From: Clostridiaceae bacterium
Lineage (GTDB): Bacteria > Bacillota > Clostridia > Peptostreptococcales > Natronincolaceae
Reading direction: 5' to 3'
Length of the DNA: 32,000 bases
Assembly (NCBI GenBank): GCA_018432235.1
Contig: JAHDLO010000012.1
Span: 1,461 to 33,460 of the forward strand
Under the pieces are notes generated by a model. It was not told the DNA's origin. It saw only the letters and a program-made list of their open reading frames with translations, and made no database searches. Positions 1 through 8,531 of this stretch are shown one piece after another. The number at the start of each line of letters is the position of its first letter. The first letter of the stretch is position 1. The position numbers and the translations under genes were made by a program.

Positions 1-2
1 GC

Positions 3-320
3 GCTCTCAGCCATAAGGTATCGCTGGGTACGGATATTCACGGCAACATTACCCGCCTTAATAATGCCCTTGCTGAAATCCCCAAAAAGCTGGAGTATTG
101 CCGGGAGCAGTTAAGTACCCTTCATCATCAGATGGAAACAGCCAAGGAGCAGATTGACATTCCCTTTGAAAAGGAACAGGAGTTGCAAACAAAATCCGCG
201 CGTCTGGCTGAATTGAACATTTTGCTCAATATGGATAAGCGGGAAAACGAAATGGTTGACGGCGAACCTGACGAGGATATGGACATTCCCCAAAAGAAAG
301 CTGTTGGCTATGAAAGATGA
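3..320 (+). CDS. 3' end (about 105 codons) of a larger ORF entering from upstream. It is a coiled-coil tail, and function cannot be determined from this fragment. It may be the large helicase/methylase-type ICE protein that often precedes the toprim gene.
   Basis: Frame 3 is open from nt 3 to the TGA at 318-320. The track ORF 132..320 is only the part after an internal Met. The stop lies 11 nt before the next gene. Confidence 0.6.
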   Translation, partial: ALSHKVSLGTDIHGNITRLNNALAEIPKKLEYCREQLSTLHHQMETAKEQIDIPFEKEQELQTKSARLAELNILLNMDKRENEMVDGEPDEDMDIPQKKAVGYER

Positions 321-331
321 GGTGATAAACT

Positions 332-1288
332 ATGCCCTATGTAACACCGGAGCAGATCGAGCGCGCAAAGCAAATGGATCTGCTGACGTATCTTCAATAT
401 TACGAGCCGCAGGAACTGGTACGCTTTTCAGGTAATGTCTTTACCACACGAAGCCATGACAGCCTGAAAATCAGCAACGGTAAATGGAACTGGTGGTCAC
501 ACGGCATCGGTGGGCGCTCTGCTCTGGACTATCTTATCAAGGTGCGGGGCATGACCCTCCCCGAAGCGGTGCTTCAGATAGACGGACAGGCGGCCATCAC
601 GCCGCCTATCCTGTCAAGAAAACTGGAAGCCGCAGAGCCGAAAAAGCTGCTTTTGCCAGAAAAGAACGAGAATAACGACCGAGTGGTTGATTACCTCTTA
701 GGACGCGGCATACAAATCACGCTGATTGACTACTGCCTTGATACCGGGCGGCTGTATGAAAGCCAGCCTTACCATAATGCAGTCTTTATCGGCTTTGACC
801 GCAAAGGCACACCGAAATATGCAACCCTTCGGGGAACCACAAACCGGCGCTATATGGGAGAAGCCAACGGCAGCGACAAGCATTTCTCCTTCTCAATTCC
901 CTCACGGGAAGAAAGTCACAGTCTGCACCTGTTTGAAAGCGCCATTGACCTGCTTTCCTATGGCACATTGGATCTGCTTTCCGGCAGAGATTGGCGAAAG
1001 GAAAACTACCTGTCCCTTGCGGGGATTTATAAACCGAAGAAGAACATTGAGGAAAGCACACCACCTGCCGCTTTGATGCAATACTTAAAAGATTTCCCAC
1101 AAATTAAGGAAATCGCTTTACACTTGGACAACGACACAGCCGGACGTCTGGCGGCAGAGACTATCAAGACACTTCTTTCCCCCTCATATGTCATTTCCGA
1201 TGAGCCGCCGAAGCGTGGAAAGGACATGAATGACTACTTAAAAATTTCGTTGGGATTGCAACGCCCGCAGGAAATTGAAAGACTGTAA
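332..1288 (+). CDS. DUF3991/toprim domain protein (primase-like ICE replication/processing protein)
   Basis: 318-aa ORF with a GAGGTG RBS upstream. It carries the toprim acidic motifs FESAIDLLS (conserved Glu) and LHLDNDTAGR (DxD). The N-terminal pattern SHDSLKISNGKWNWWSHGIGG is typical of DUF3991-toprim proteins of Firmicutes conjugative elements. Confidence 0.8.
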   Translation: MPYVTPEQIERAKQMDLLTYLQYYEPQELVRFSGNVFTTRSHDSLKISNGKWNWWSHGIGGRSALDYLIKVRGMTLPEAVLQIDGQAAITPPILSRKLEAAEPKKLLLPEKNENNDRVVDYLLGRGIQITLIDYCLDTGRLYESQPYHNAVFIGFDRKGTPKYATLRGTTNRRYMGEANGSDKHFSFSIPSREESHSLHLFESAIDLLSYGTLDLLSGRDWRKENYLSLAGIYKPKKNIEESTPPAALMQYLKDFPQIKEIALHLDNDTAGRLAAETIKTLLSPSYVISDEPPKRGKDMNDYLKISLGLQRPQEIERL

Positions 1289-1299
1289 CCAAATATCGA

Positions 1300-1328
1300 T
1301 TGAATTCATAGCAAGAAAGGGGTATAAT
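1300..1328 (+). promoter_or_regulatory. Sigma-A type promoter for the TA (and probably STAND) operon
   Basis: TTGAAT (1300-1305), a 17-nt spacer, then TATAAT (1323-1328). It lies 37 nt upstream of the antitoxin ATG. Confidence 0.55.
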
Positions 1329-1364
1329 ATGGTTAGAATGTTACTACAAGGAGTTGATGATATC

Positions 1365-1655
1365 ATGCAGATTAAACCGTCCGCAAGCATCCGACAGAAT
1401 TACAACGAAATCGCGGATTTATGCAGATCTACCGGGGAACCTGTGTATCTTACGAAAAACGGCGAGGGTGATCTTGTGGTTATGGATATAGATACGTTTG
1501 CCCGCCGTGAAAAAATGCTAAAGCTGCGTGAAGAACTGTTGGCTGTCGAGGAAGATCGTCTGGCAGGCCGCACCGGAACTACACCGGACGAATTAGACAG
1601 CTATCTGGAAAGCATTATTGATGAGGTGGAACATGGAAAAAAAGCCTCAATATAA
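1365..1655 (+). CDS. Type II antitoxin, Phd/YefM family
   Basis: I moved the start to the ATG at 1365 (MQIKPSASIRQNYNEI...), which follows an AAGGAG RBS. The pattern ...EPVYLTKNGEGDLVVMDIDTF... is the classic Phd/YefM N-terminal fold signature. It overlaps the downstream toxin gene. Confidence 0.8.
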   Translation: MQIKPSASIRQNYNEIADLCRSTGEPVYLTKNGEGDLVVMDIDTFARREKMLKLREELLAVEEDRLAGRTGTTPDELDSYLESIIDEVEHGKKASI

Positions 1656-1950
1656 GGTGATTGTCTCCGACCGTGCCCGTCAGATGCTGGCGGGCCATGT
1701 TCGTTTTCTGGCGCAGAAAAGCCCTTCTGCCGCCCGCAAAACAAAGAATGAATTGATGGATGCCATCCGTTCCCTTTCCACCATGCCGGAGCGATTTCCT
1801 TTTCTCAATGCAGAATTTATACCGCTGAACAAATATCACAAGATGTTCGTTGAGAAATGGTATTTGATTCTGTATCAGATCAAGGATCAGACGGTGTACG
1901 TTGACTATATAGTGGATTGCAGGCAGGATTATGGATGGTTGGTACATTAG
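1633..1950 (+). CDS. Type II toxin, RelE/ParE family
   Basis: Start at the ATG at 1633 (MEKKPQYKVIVSDRARQML...). It is about 105 aa and overlaps the antitoxin by 23 nt. Size, order and sequence pattern (...MPERFPFL..., ...YLILYQIKDQTVYVDYIVDCRQDY) fit ParE/RelE-fold toxins. Confidence 0.75.
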   Translation: MEKKPQYKVIVSDRARQMLAGHVRFLAQKSPSAARKTKNELMDAIRSLSTMPERFPFLNAEFIPLNKYHKMFVEKWYLILYQIKDQTVYVDYIVDCRQDYGWLVH

Positions 1951-1971
1951 AGAATAAAGGGGAGTGAGAGT

Positions 1972-4900
1972 ATGAACTGGCAACATTTTCAAACTTATAA
2001 CGAGGCACCAACACGAGCTTTTGAATGTATGTGCAATCAATTGTTTGAATTGTGGTGCAAAAAAACATATCCTGACTCTTTAAAGGTCGTTACAATTGTA
2101 AATGGTGCTGGAGGAGATGGAGGAGTTGAATCCTTTGCAATAAAAAAAGATGATACAATTATCGGAATGCAAGCTAAGTGGTTTTCAAATAGTATTACCA
2201 CAGGCCAGTTCGCTCAAATTAGCAGTTCGATTAAAACTGCTCTTAGAGTAAGACCATTGATAAGACAATATATTGTATGTGTTCCTCGTGATTTATCATC
2301 AGATCGCATTGGTAGAGGAAAGAAGGTTATAGAAGATACTGAATTAAATCGTTGGCAACAGTTAAAAAATAAATTAGAAGATGATTATCCAGGATTGAAT
2401 ATTGAGTTATGGAATGAAACTCAACTTTTAACTAAATTGCAAGATAGTGATGCTACAGGGATATACCGATATTGGTTTGAAAAATCCGAGATATCAAAAG
2501 AGCTTATTGTGTACTCTTACGAGAAACAAAAAAGTGGATGGTTATCGCAGAAATATACTCCTTGTCTGCATATTCAAGGACAAATGCAAAAAAGCATTTT
2601 AAAATTCGTAGGAACATTAGATAATCGTCAAAGCAGTATAAGTACGCTGAGTGCTATGAGCCAGCAATGCAGCAAATTTTTGAAAGCGTGTGATGACTAT
2701 TTACAATTTGTTCAAGATCATTCATCGCAGGAGCAGTTAATACATGAAATTCAGAGAACTCAAGAGCAAGTAATTAAGTTATTAGGTGAGATAAAATGTA
2801 TTATAGATGCTTTAAATAATGACCAACAAGTTGCATCCTCAATTAACGAAAACAATTGGTATATTGATTTTGCTATGCTAATAGAGTTGTTAAAACAAAA
2901 CGAGCAATTAAGAAAAAATTACTTTCACATTAGCGAGATTAAAAAAACTGCCGAAGCACTTCAGGAAAATGAAATCCATACTATTATTTCGGATATTCGT
3001 TTTCAATTAGATAATAAAAAATATCTGATATTAGGTAATCCTGGTTCGGGAAAAACACATGGAATAGCTAACCTGGTGGAATCATTACTAAATGAAAATT
3101 TACATATCCCGATATTAATTCGTGCGAAAGATGTCAATCCAAATAGCAATTGGGCTGATATCTTAAAAAAATCTTTAGGGTTAGCTTCGGTTTGGAATGA
3201 AACAGAATTGTGGCAGGCTTTAGAAGCATTGTCGTATCGTGCAGAAGTTAATAATGTCTATACAGCAGACATTGTTGTAGCTAAAATCATTCCGAAGATA
3301 TTAATTTGCATTGATGGGGTGGATGAATCTAAACCATATGACTTATGGTATGATCGCCTTAGAGAGATAGAAGCAATATGTTACAAATATTCCAGGCTGA
3401 GGTTTTGTATTACAAGTCGACCATATGTATTTAGAGAATTGGCATATGATGATAGCTTATTAATTAATACATTAAGACTACCTTCTGATGGCGATGTTCC
3501 GGTAAACGAATTATTTCTAGAATATATTGAATATTTTCATATAAATATCGAAGGGTGCTCTTGGATTAAATGGAGCTTAAAGACTCCTCTTGCATTGCGT
3601 GTTTTTTGTGAGAATTATAGGCATAGAAGTATATACGGCGTAGAAAAATCTTCTGTTACTATTACTAATCTTTTATCGAAGAAGTTTCATATAATTGAAA
3701 AAGAATTTAACTCCAAATATGAAACGGGGTATGGAGATAGAGAGCTTATTGTGCAAAATTCATTATTAGCAATAGCCAGAAAGCTTCTAATAAATACAAC
3801 GGTGTATAGAAATGATTTAATTGATTCTCTGAAAGACGTTTCAGGGCTTATTACCGCTGCCAATGATTATCGAAGAGAACTTATTGATTTTATCGAAGAT
3901 TATGGAATACTGCAGAGCTATACAATAAATTCAGATACTATATTTGAGCCTCCAAAAACATATTATTCTATTGGCGTTCAGCCCTTTTTTGATTATATAC
4001 TGGCACTATTAATTACTAATCAAATACAAGATCCATCAGAGGTCACACTTACAGATACATTAGTAGACCACGAGGGTGCTCTGCAAATGGTATCTATTCT
4101 TCTTTTGGAAGATTATTGCTACTTGATAACTGAGAATAAAAGTTTCAGAGATAATTTAAGTAATAACGAATTATTTGATTTAGTTTGCTTTTCATTATCA
4201 AACGTATCACCAACCCCTACATCTAAATATATACCTTTGGTCAAAAGGATGATGAATTATAATTCGGACTGTTTAAAAAGTGTTGTGAATAAAATTGTTC
4301 TTCCGGTATCACGAATTGAGAATCATCCTCTTGGTGCACAGATGTTACATGAGTACCTTATGAGTTTTGAAACTGCGGGAAAACGTGACGTTATATGGTC
4401 TGTACCTAGCTATTTAAGGTATCCAGGAGATGCTCCTTGGAAATGTTACACAAAAATTGATTTAAACGACAAAAGATATAAATTATGTGGTGAGGACAAG
4501 CATAATAGTATTCCCTTAGTCTATGCATGGATGCTAACCACTGTTAATAATATTGAAAGAGTGAGTTATAGGCGAGAACTAATGAAATGGGCTTTTAGGC
4601 AACCTTTTGAATTTTATAAAATGTTCGAGCATACATGGTGCACTAACGATCCTCAGATGAAAGAAGATTTATTTTCAGTAGCAATGGGGACTGTATTTAT
4701 GCTTGAAAAAGGACATCCCTGTATTAAATTATTCAGTGATTGGATGATAAAAAATATTTTTGCTTCAGATAAAATTAGTATGCATTATAATTGTGCTATT
4801 CGATATTACAGCAGAGCTATTGTTGAACGGTCCTATGCATTTGGTAACATAAATGATGAGGATGTAAGTAAGAGCCGTCCACCATTTCATACAAGTGGAA

Positions 4901-6531
4901 CTATCCCTCTTAATCGTGAGGCTACTTCTGGTACCCGGATGGGTGGCTTTGGGCCAATTGATTATGATTTGGCAAGATATGTTCTGTGTGATCCTATGGA
5001 TAGAATGTTTTTCAGCCGCCACGGTAGTGATAAAACTGCTGAAGAGATTGACTATACATGGCATTTTTCTGAGAAAGAAATTGAAGATATATTGACTAAC
5101 GAAGAAATTTTTCTTAATGAGAAATGTAGAGAAAAATTGAGAGAGATTCAGCTTGCATACAAAAAGCAAAGGAGATTTTGGGATCATCTGGATGATTTGA
5201 TTGATGACGGTGAAGATACCACCACTCCAAATTCGAAATCGCCTGCTTACAAATACAATAAAGAAGCAGACAGCTTCTTGTTAGAACATGCGCGAATTAT
5301 GGAAATGGAATCACTTGAACCTAATCAATTTGTCCTATCAGCTGCATATGCTTACATTCTACTACAGGGATGGAATGAAGAAGAGTTCTACGGTTGTCCT
5401 AATGGAGGTAAACCTGGGGAAGTAATCGGTGTTGATATTGCAATTTTGCGCCAACACCATCCCGCAACTCACGGTTCCAAAAGTAGCATAATGACTTTTT
5501 GTGAGAAGTATACATGGTGCGCTCGCAATGAAATTTTAGGATATTTATCAGATCGGTTACCATTTAGAGATTTTGAGAGAGCGCCATCATTACTGAACGA
5601 TTATGGTTTACTTGATGATTTCCCAAATCCAGCGCAAGAATTATATCAAGAAAATCCAGATAGCATTATGGAAAAAACCTCTTGGTTTGTCCCAGAGGAA
5701 CTATCACCTTTAATTAACGAAAATGTGGGAGAAAATGCCATAAGATATTGGATAATAAATGCTCCTACTCCTAATTTTGAAAAATGGATTGATATTCGTG
5801 ATTTCAACCATGAAATTGTACAAGAAGAGAAAAAGAATTGGATACCATTATATAGTTTTAATTCTGTATCTAATACTTTGGGTGGAGAATCACTTATGTG
5901 GATTTCTTCAGCAATAATCACAAATGAGCATTTTAAATACTTAAAAAATGACATAATGAATCGAAAAGACTCCTTAGTTTATAATTTAAGCAATCCTGAG
6001 GATTTACATTCATCTACTGAGACTCAATGCTATATAACCCCTAAAGAGATATGCTGGATGAATTGGAAAAATGAGTGTTACAATAAAATCTATAATATTT
6101 CTATTGATGATGGCGATTTTGTGGAATATACAATTGATAAGACAGTTGAAGAGTGTACAGCTAATTATCCTGAATTTGGTGATGTATATTATAAACTACC
6201 TTCCCGAATTATACGAGAATTGCTGGGCATATGTGATGGGGATGGGTATAAGTACTGTAATGGAGAAAAACAGCTTGAAGCAATTAGGTTTGAAGCAGGA
6301 GAAAAGTGGCATGACTCACAATCATATTTATGTGTTAATCGAGAAAAACTGCTTTTGCAATTAGAGCATCTTAAATTACAGATTTTTTGGACTGCTAGAT
6401 TACTCAGACAAGCTACTTCAAAAGCGCTTGAGAAATATCCTAAACTGCGGAGTCGAAATGACAAATGCTGGTTAGTTTGGTTTGAAGATGGAGAGTTAAG
6501 AACTCTTCTTTTTTCAGAGCAGGTTGATTAA
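1972..6531 (+). CDS. Giant NACHT-type STAND NTPase (bacterial NLR-like/Avs-like) with an N-terminal Mrr-like PD-(D/E)xK nuclease-type domain and a C-terminal region of about 900 aa of unknown fold
   Basis: 1519-aa uninterrupted ORF with a GGGGAG RBS, beginning 21 nt after the toxin stop. Walker A is GNPGSGKTH (nt 3034-3060). Walker B is the NACHT style ILICIDGVDES (nt 3301-3333). The NACHT signature RFCITSRPYVF follows. The N-terminus reads FECMCNQLFELW...GDGGVESFAI...GMQAKWF, matching the Mrr_cat pattern FExL...DGGID...QcK. Confidence 0.8.
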   Translation: MNWQHFQTYNEAPTRAFECMCNQLFELWCKKTYPDSLKVVTIVNGAGGDGGVESFAIKKDDTIIGMQAKWFSNSITTGQFAQISSSIKTALRVRPLIRQYIVCVPRDLSSDRIGRGKKVIEDTELNRWQQLKNKLEDDYPGLNIELWNETQLLTKLQDSDATGIYRYWFEKSEISKELIVYSYEKQKSGWLSQKYTPCLHIQGQMQKSILKFVGTLDNRQSSISTLSAMSQQCSKFLKACDDYLQFVQDHSSQEQLIHEIQRTQEQVIKLLGEIKCIIDALNNDQQVASSINENNWYIDFAMLIELLKQNEQLRKNYFHISEIKKTAEALQENEIHTIISDIRFQLDNKKYLILGNPGSGKTHGIANLVESLLNENLHIPILIRAKDVNPNSNWADILKKSLGLASVWNETELWQALEALSYRAEVNNVYTADIVVAKIIPKILICIDGVDESKPYDLWYDRLREIEAICYKYSRLRFCITSRPYVFRELAYDDSLLINTLRLPSDGDVPVNELFLEYIEYFHINIEGCSWIKWSLKTPLALRVFCENYRHRSIYGVEKSSVTITNLLSKKFHIIEKEFNSKYETGYGDRELIVQNSLLAIARKLLINTTVYRNDLIDSLKDVSGLITAANDYRRELIDFIEDYGILQSYTINSDTIFEPPKTYYSIGVQPFFDYILALLITNQIQDPSEVTLTDTLVDHEGALQMVSILLLEDYCYLITENKSFRDNLSNNELFDLVCFSLSNVSPTPTSKYIPLVKRMMNYNSDCLKSVVNKIVLPVSRIENHPLGAQMLHEYLMSFETAGKRDVIWSVPSYLRYPGDAPWKCYTKIDLNDKRYKLCGEDKHNSIPLVYAWMLTTVNNIERVSYRRELMKWAFRQPFEFYKMFEHTWCTNDPQMKEDLFSVAMGTVFMLEKGHPCIKLFSDWMIKNIFASDKISMHYNCAIRYYSRAIVERSYAFGNINDEDVSKSRPPFHTSGTIPLNREATSGTRMGGFGPIDYDLARYVLCDPMDRMFFSRHGSDKTAEEIDYTWHFSEKEIEDILTNEEIFLNEKCREKLREIQLAYKKQRRFWDHLDDLIDDGEDTTTPNSKSPAYKYNKEADSFLLEHARIMEMESLEPNQFVLSAAYAYILLQGWNEEEFYGCPNGGKPGEVIGVDIAILRQHHPATHGSKSSIMTFCEKYTWCARNEILGYLSDRLPFRDFERAPSLLNDYGLLDDFPNPAQELYQENPDSIMEKTSWFVPEELSPLINENVGENAIRYWIINAPTPNFEKWIDIRDFNHEIVQEEKKNWIPLYSFNSVSNTLGGESLMWISSAIITNEHFKYLKNDIMNRKDSLVYNLSNPEDLHSSTETQCYITPKEICWMNWKNECYNKIYNISIDDGDFVEYTIDKTVEECTANYPEFGDVYYKLPSRIIRELLGICDGDGYKYCNGEKQLEAIRFEAGEKWHDSQSYLCVNREKLLLQLEHLKLQIFWTARLLRQATSKALEKYPKLRSRNDKCWLVWFEDGELRTLLFSEQVD

Positions 6532-6578
6532 ATTAATTATAAAAGGGATCTATCTTTGGATAATTCAAGCGGGTCTAT

Positions 6579-6705
6579 CAGTTTATACCATTGAATAAGC
6601 TCACAAGATGTTTTTGAAAAAAGTGGTATGTGATTCTATATAAATCAAGGATCAGAGCTATGACTATAACGTGGAGTCGGAAGGTAGTAACCGTTTATAA
6701 GGAAT
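6579..6705 (+). pseudogene. Decayed duplicate of the 3' end of the RelE/ParE toxin gene
   Basis: It aligns by eye with 1818-1940. Shared strings are TTTATACC, TCACAAGATGTT, TGATTCT and ATCAAGGATCAGA, in the same order and spacing. It contains a 1-nt deletion and in-frame stops (e.g. TAA at about 6640). Confidence 0.6.
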
Positions 6706-6711
6706 AGGGTA

Positions 6712-6996
6712 ATGGGAGAAGAACCGTATGATTTGTTCGGTACATTTTTAGCTGCCAGCAAGTTTGAAGGTATTGTGTTTGCTAAGAACCAGGACCATGG
6801 GGAAGAATTAGTTAAAAAATTGATTTCTGGCTATCCACTTGAGGCTGGAGAACCTTTCAGTATTATCGGAGGCTTAGATAAGACTTTGGAAGAAATCTAT
6901 AATGAACGTCCGGAGCTTATTGGAATAACATCGGAGCAAGGGGATATTTATAATGAATTCATGCACAGAAATTCTATAAGCAAGTACGTTCGATAA
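6712..6996 (+). CDS. Hypothetical 94-aa protein
   Basis: ORF lying between the STAND gene and the HNH-like gene on the same strand. I recognise no motif. It could be a fragment of something larger. Confidence 0.4.
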   Translation: MGEEPYDLFGTFLAASKFEGIVFAKNQDHGEELVKKLISGYPLEAGEPFSIIGGLDKTLEEIYNERPELIGITSEQGDIYNEFMHRNSISKYVR

Positions 6997-7015
6997 AAGT
7001 AATAGGGGGTTCATA

Positions 7016-8323
7016 ATGTGCAGATGTATATATTGTAATTCAGATGATTTATCAGTCTCTGACATCATTTCATATGCTTTAACTGGTGCTAAAGTAACAA
7101 AAAAATTTGTGTGCCATGAGCATAATGCATTTACAAACGAAAACTTTGAAAGATTTGCAATAGCCAATCTTGATTTTTTCAGGAACTCATTAGGCTTGTC
7201 TGAAAGAAGAAGCGGTAAGGATATTAAATATAGAGCTAATTTAGTTATTGATGGAATTACCATACCAAATGTTGCGGTAAGCGGTAGAACGTCAATTTAT
7301 GAAGACAAGAAAAGACTTTTTTCTGCCGAGCATGATGGTAAAAAAGTTTTGATTGGCAATGTGGATAAGCTAAAGCAGAAAAAAGGTGTCTGCGCTGGTA
7401 ATATAGATACTTTAGATATGAGCGACACAGTTGTAAGTGTTACGTTTTCCATCGAACAATTATTTGCTTCTGATGAAATGTTAAGGACAATCGCTAAAAT
7501 TGCTTACGAGTGGTATTGCTATTCTAATAAAATCAATAGTTTTATACCTGAAATATATCAAGACATCGTTGATTGCGTTCTAATGAAACGAAACGTTACA
7601 GAATTTGTAGAAATTGTTGTTGACGGAAATCTTGATTATGCATTAAAAGATATTTGTTATTTGGGAAGTCACGGATTGTTTGAGTACGTTGATATAGATG
7701 GATATAAATATGTCATTCTAAATTTTTGGGGCATTATCTATTATAAAATTCGTATTTGTAATTTAAATAGTCCTAATTTTAATTTGGCTAATTATTATAA
7801 TCTTTTTTTATATGCAATAGACGGAGAAAAATCAGAGACCTGTTTTGGTACAATGGGAAAATCGAACTTTATTTCAATGCCCGCCAAACAGGCAATGCAA
7901 AAATTCAATAAGGTATATGCCTCAAAGCTGGAACAGCTTGTAAAAACCACTGTTCTATCTCTTGCTAAGATGAAAGAGTTAATTGATGAATTGCGAAAAG
8001 CTATTACAATATATAAGCAACCACCTTATGATTTTGCTCGTCTTGTTGAATATGAATGTAATGAGCGAATAACGACAATTCATGTATTATTATTTCTTTT
8101 GGGGCATGAAGAAAACTATATATTTAGTAGTAGTTTTAATGAAAACCTTAAATCATTCTACAAGATTGATGATACACTAACCGTGACGGTAGAGGAAAAC
8201 AAGGAATATCTTAGATATTTGCTGCAACTCCATGAAAGTGGTACGCTACTAAACTCTATAGAAGAAGGAATAACGTTTTTTGATAAAATATATTTATATG
8301 AAAAGAGTAACATAAAAGATTAA
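7016..8323 (+). CDS. 435-aa protein with an N-terminal HNH_5-like Cys motif (degenerate catalytic His) and an uncharacterised C-terminal domain
   Basis: AGGGGG RBS and low GC like the STAND gene. The N-terminus is CIYCNSDDLSVSDIISYALTG...VCHEHN. This parallels the HNH pattern CxYC...(E/D)HIIPxxLGG...C..CN, but has Ile where the catalytic His is expected and CHEHN in place of CxxCN. Confidence 0.6.
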   Translation: MCRCIYCNSDDLSVSDIISYALTGAKVTKKFVCHEHNAFTNENFERFAIANLDFFRNSLGLSERRSGKDIKYRANLVIDGITIPNVAVSGRTSIYEDKKRLFSAEHDGKKVLIGNVDKLKQKKGVCAGNIDTLDMSDTVVSVTFSIEQLFASDEMLRTIAKIAYEWYCYSNKINSFIPEIYQDIVDCVLMKRNVTEFVEIVVDGNLDYALKDICYLGSHGLFEYVDIDGYKYVILNFWGIIYYKIRICNLNSPNFNLANYYNLFLYAIDGEKSETCFGTMGKSNFISMPAKQAMQKFNKVYASKLEQLVKTTVLSLAKMKELIDELRKAITIYKQPPYDFARLVEYECNERITTIHVLLFLLGHEENYIFSSSFNENLKSFYKIDDTLTVTVEENKEYLRYLLQLHESGTLLNSIEEGITFFDKIYLYEKSNIKD

Positions 8324-8531
8324 TTCGAGCTTCTGCTATCTATTATGTGAGCATAATGGGAGCTTGGCTAAGGCGTTGAGAAATCAGCACCTTTTTTTTA
8401 TGCCCAAAAATCAAGAAAGGTGGTTTAGCCCATATGAATGCTATCAGGTGGAAACTAATAGAAACCCTTTGTATGATTGGCAGAGCTTCTTTTTCGGCCA
8501 GTAATATTTGAAATCAAATGTAACCATATTT

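Noticed and set aside
1275-1364. Upstream extension of the antitoxin ORF
   Set aside because: It would overlap the toprim gene end and the predicted promoter. The AAGGAG RBS points to the ATG at 1365.
4765-5187. 140-aa minus-strand ORF. The same applies to other antisense or alternate-frame ORFs inside long genes, e.g. 5646-5954, 9311-9802, 10568-10981, 16420-16779, 16870-17284, 19106-19579, 24144-24555 and 30234-30786.
   Set aside because: They are fully embedded in long, motif-supported genes. They have no RBS, low-complexity or odd composition, and are typical shadow ORFs.
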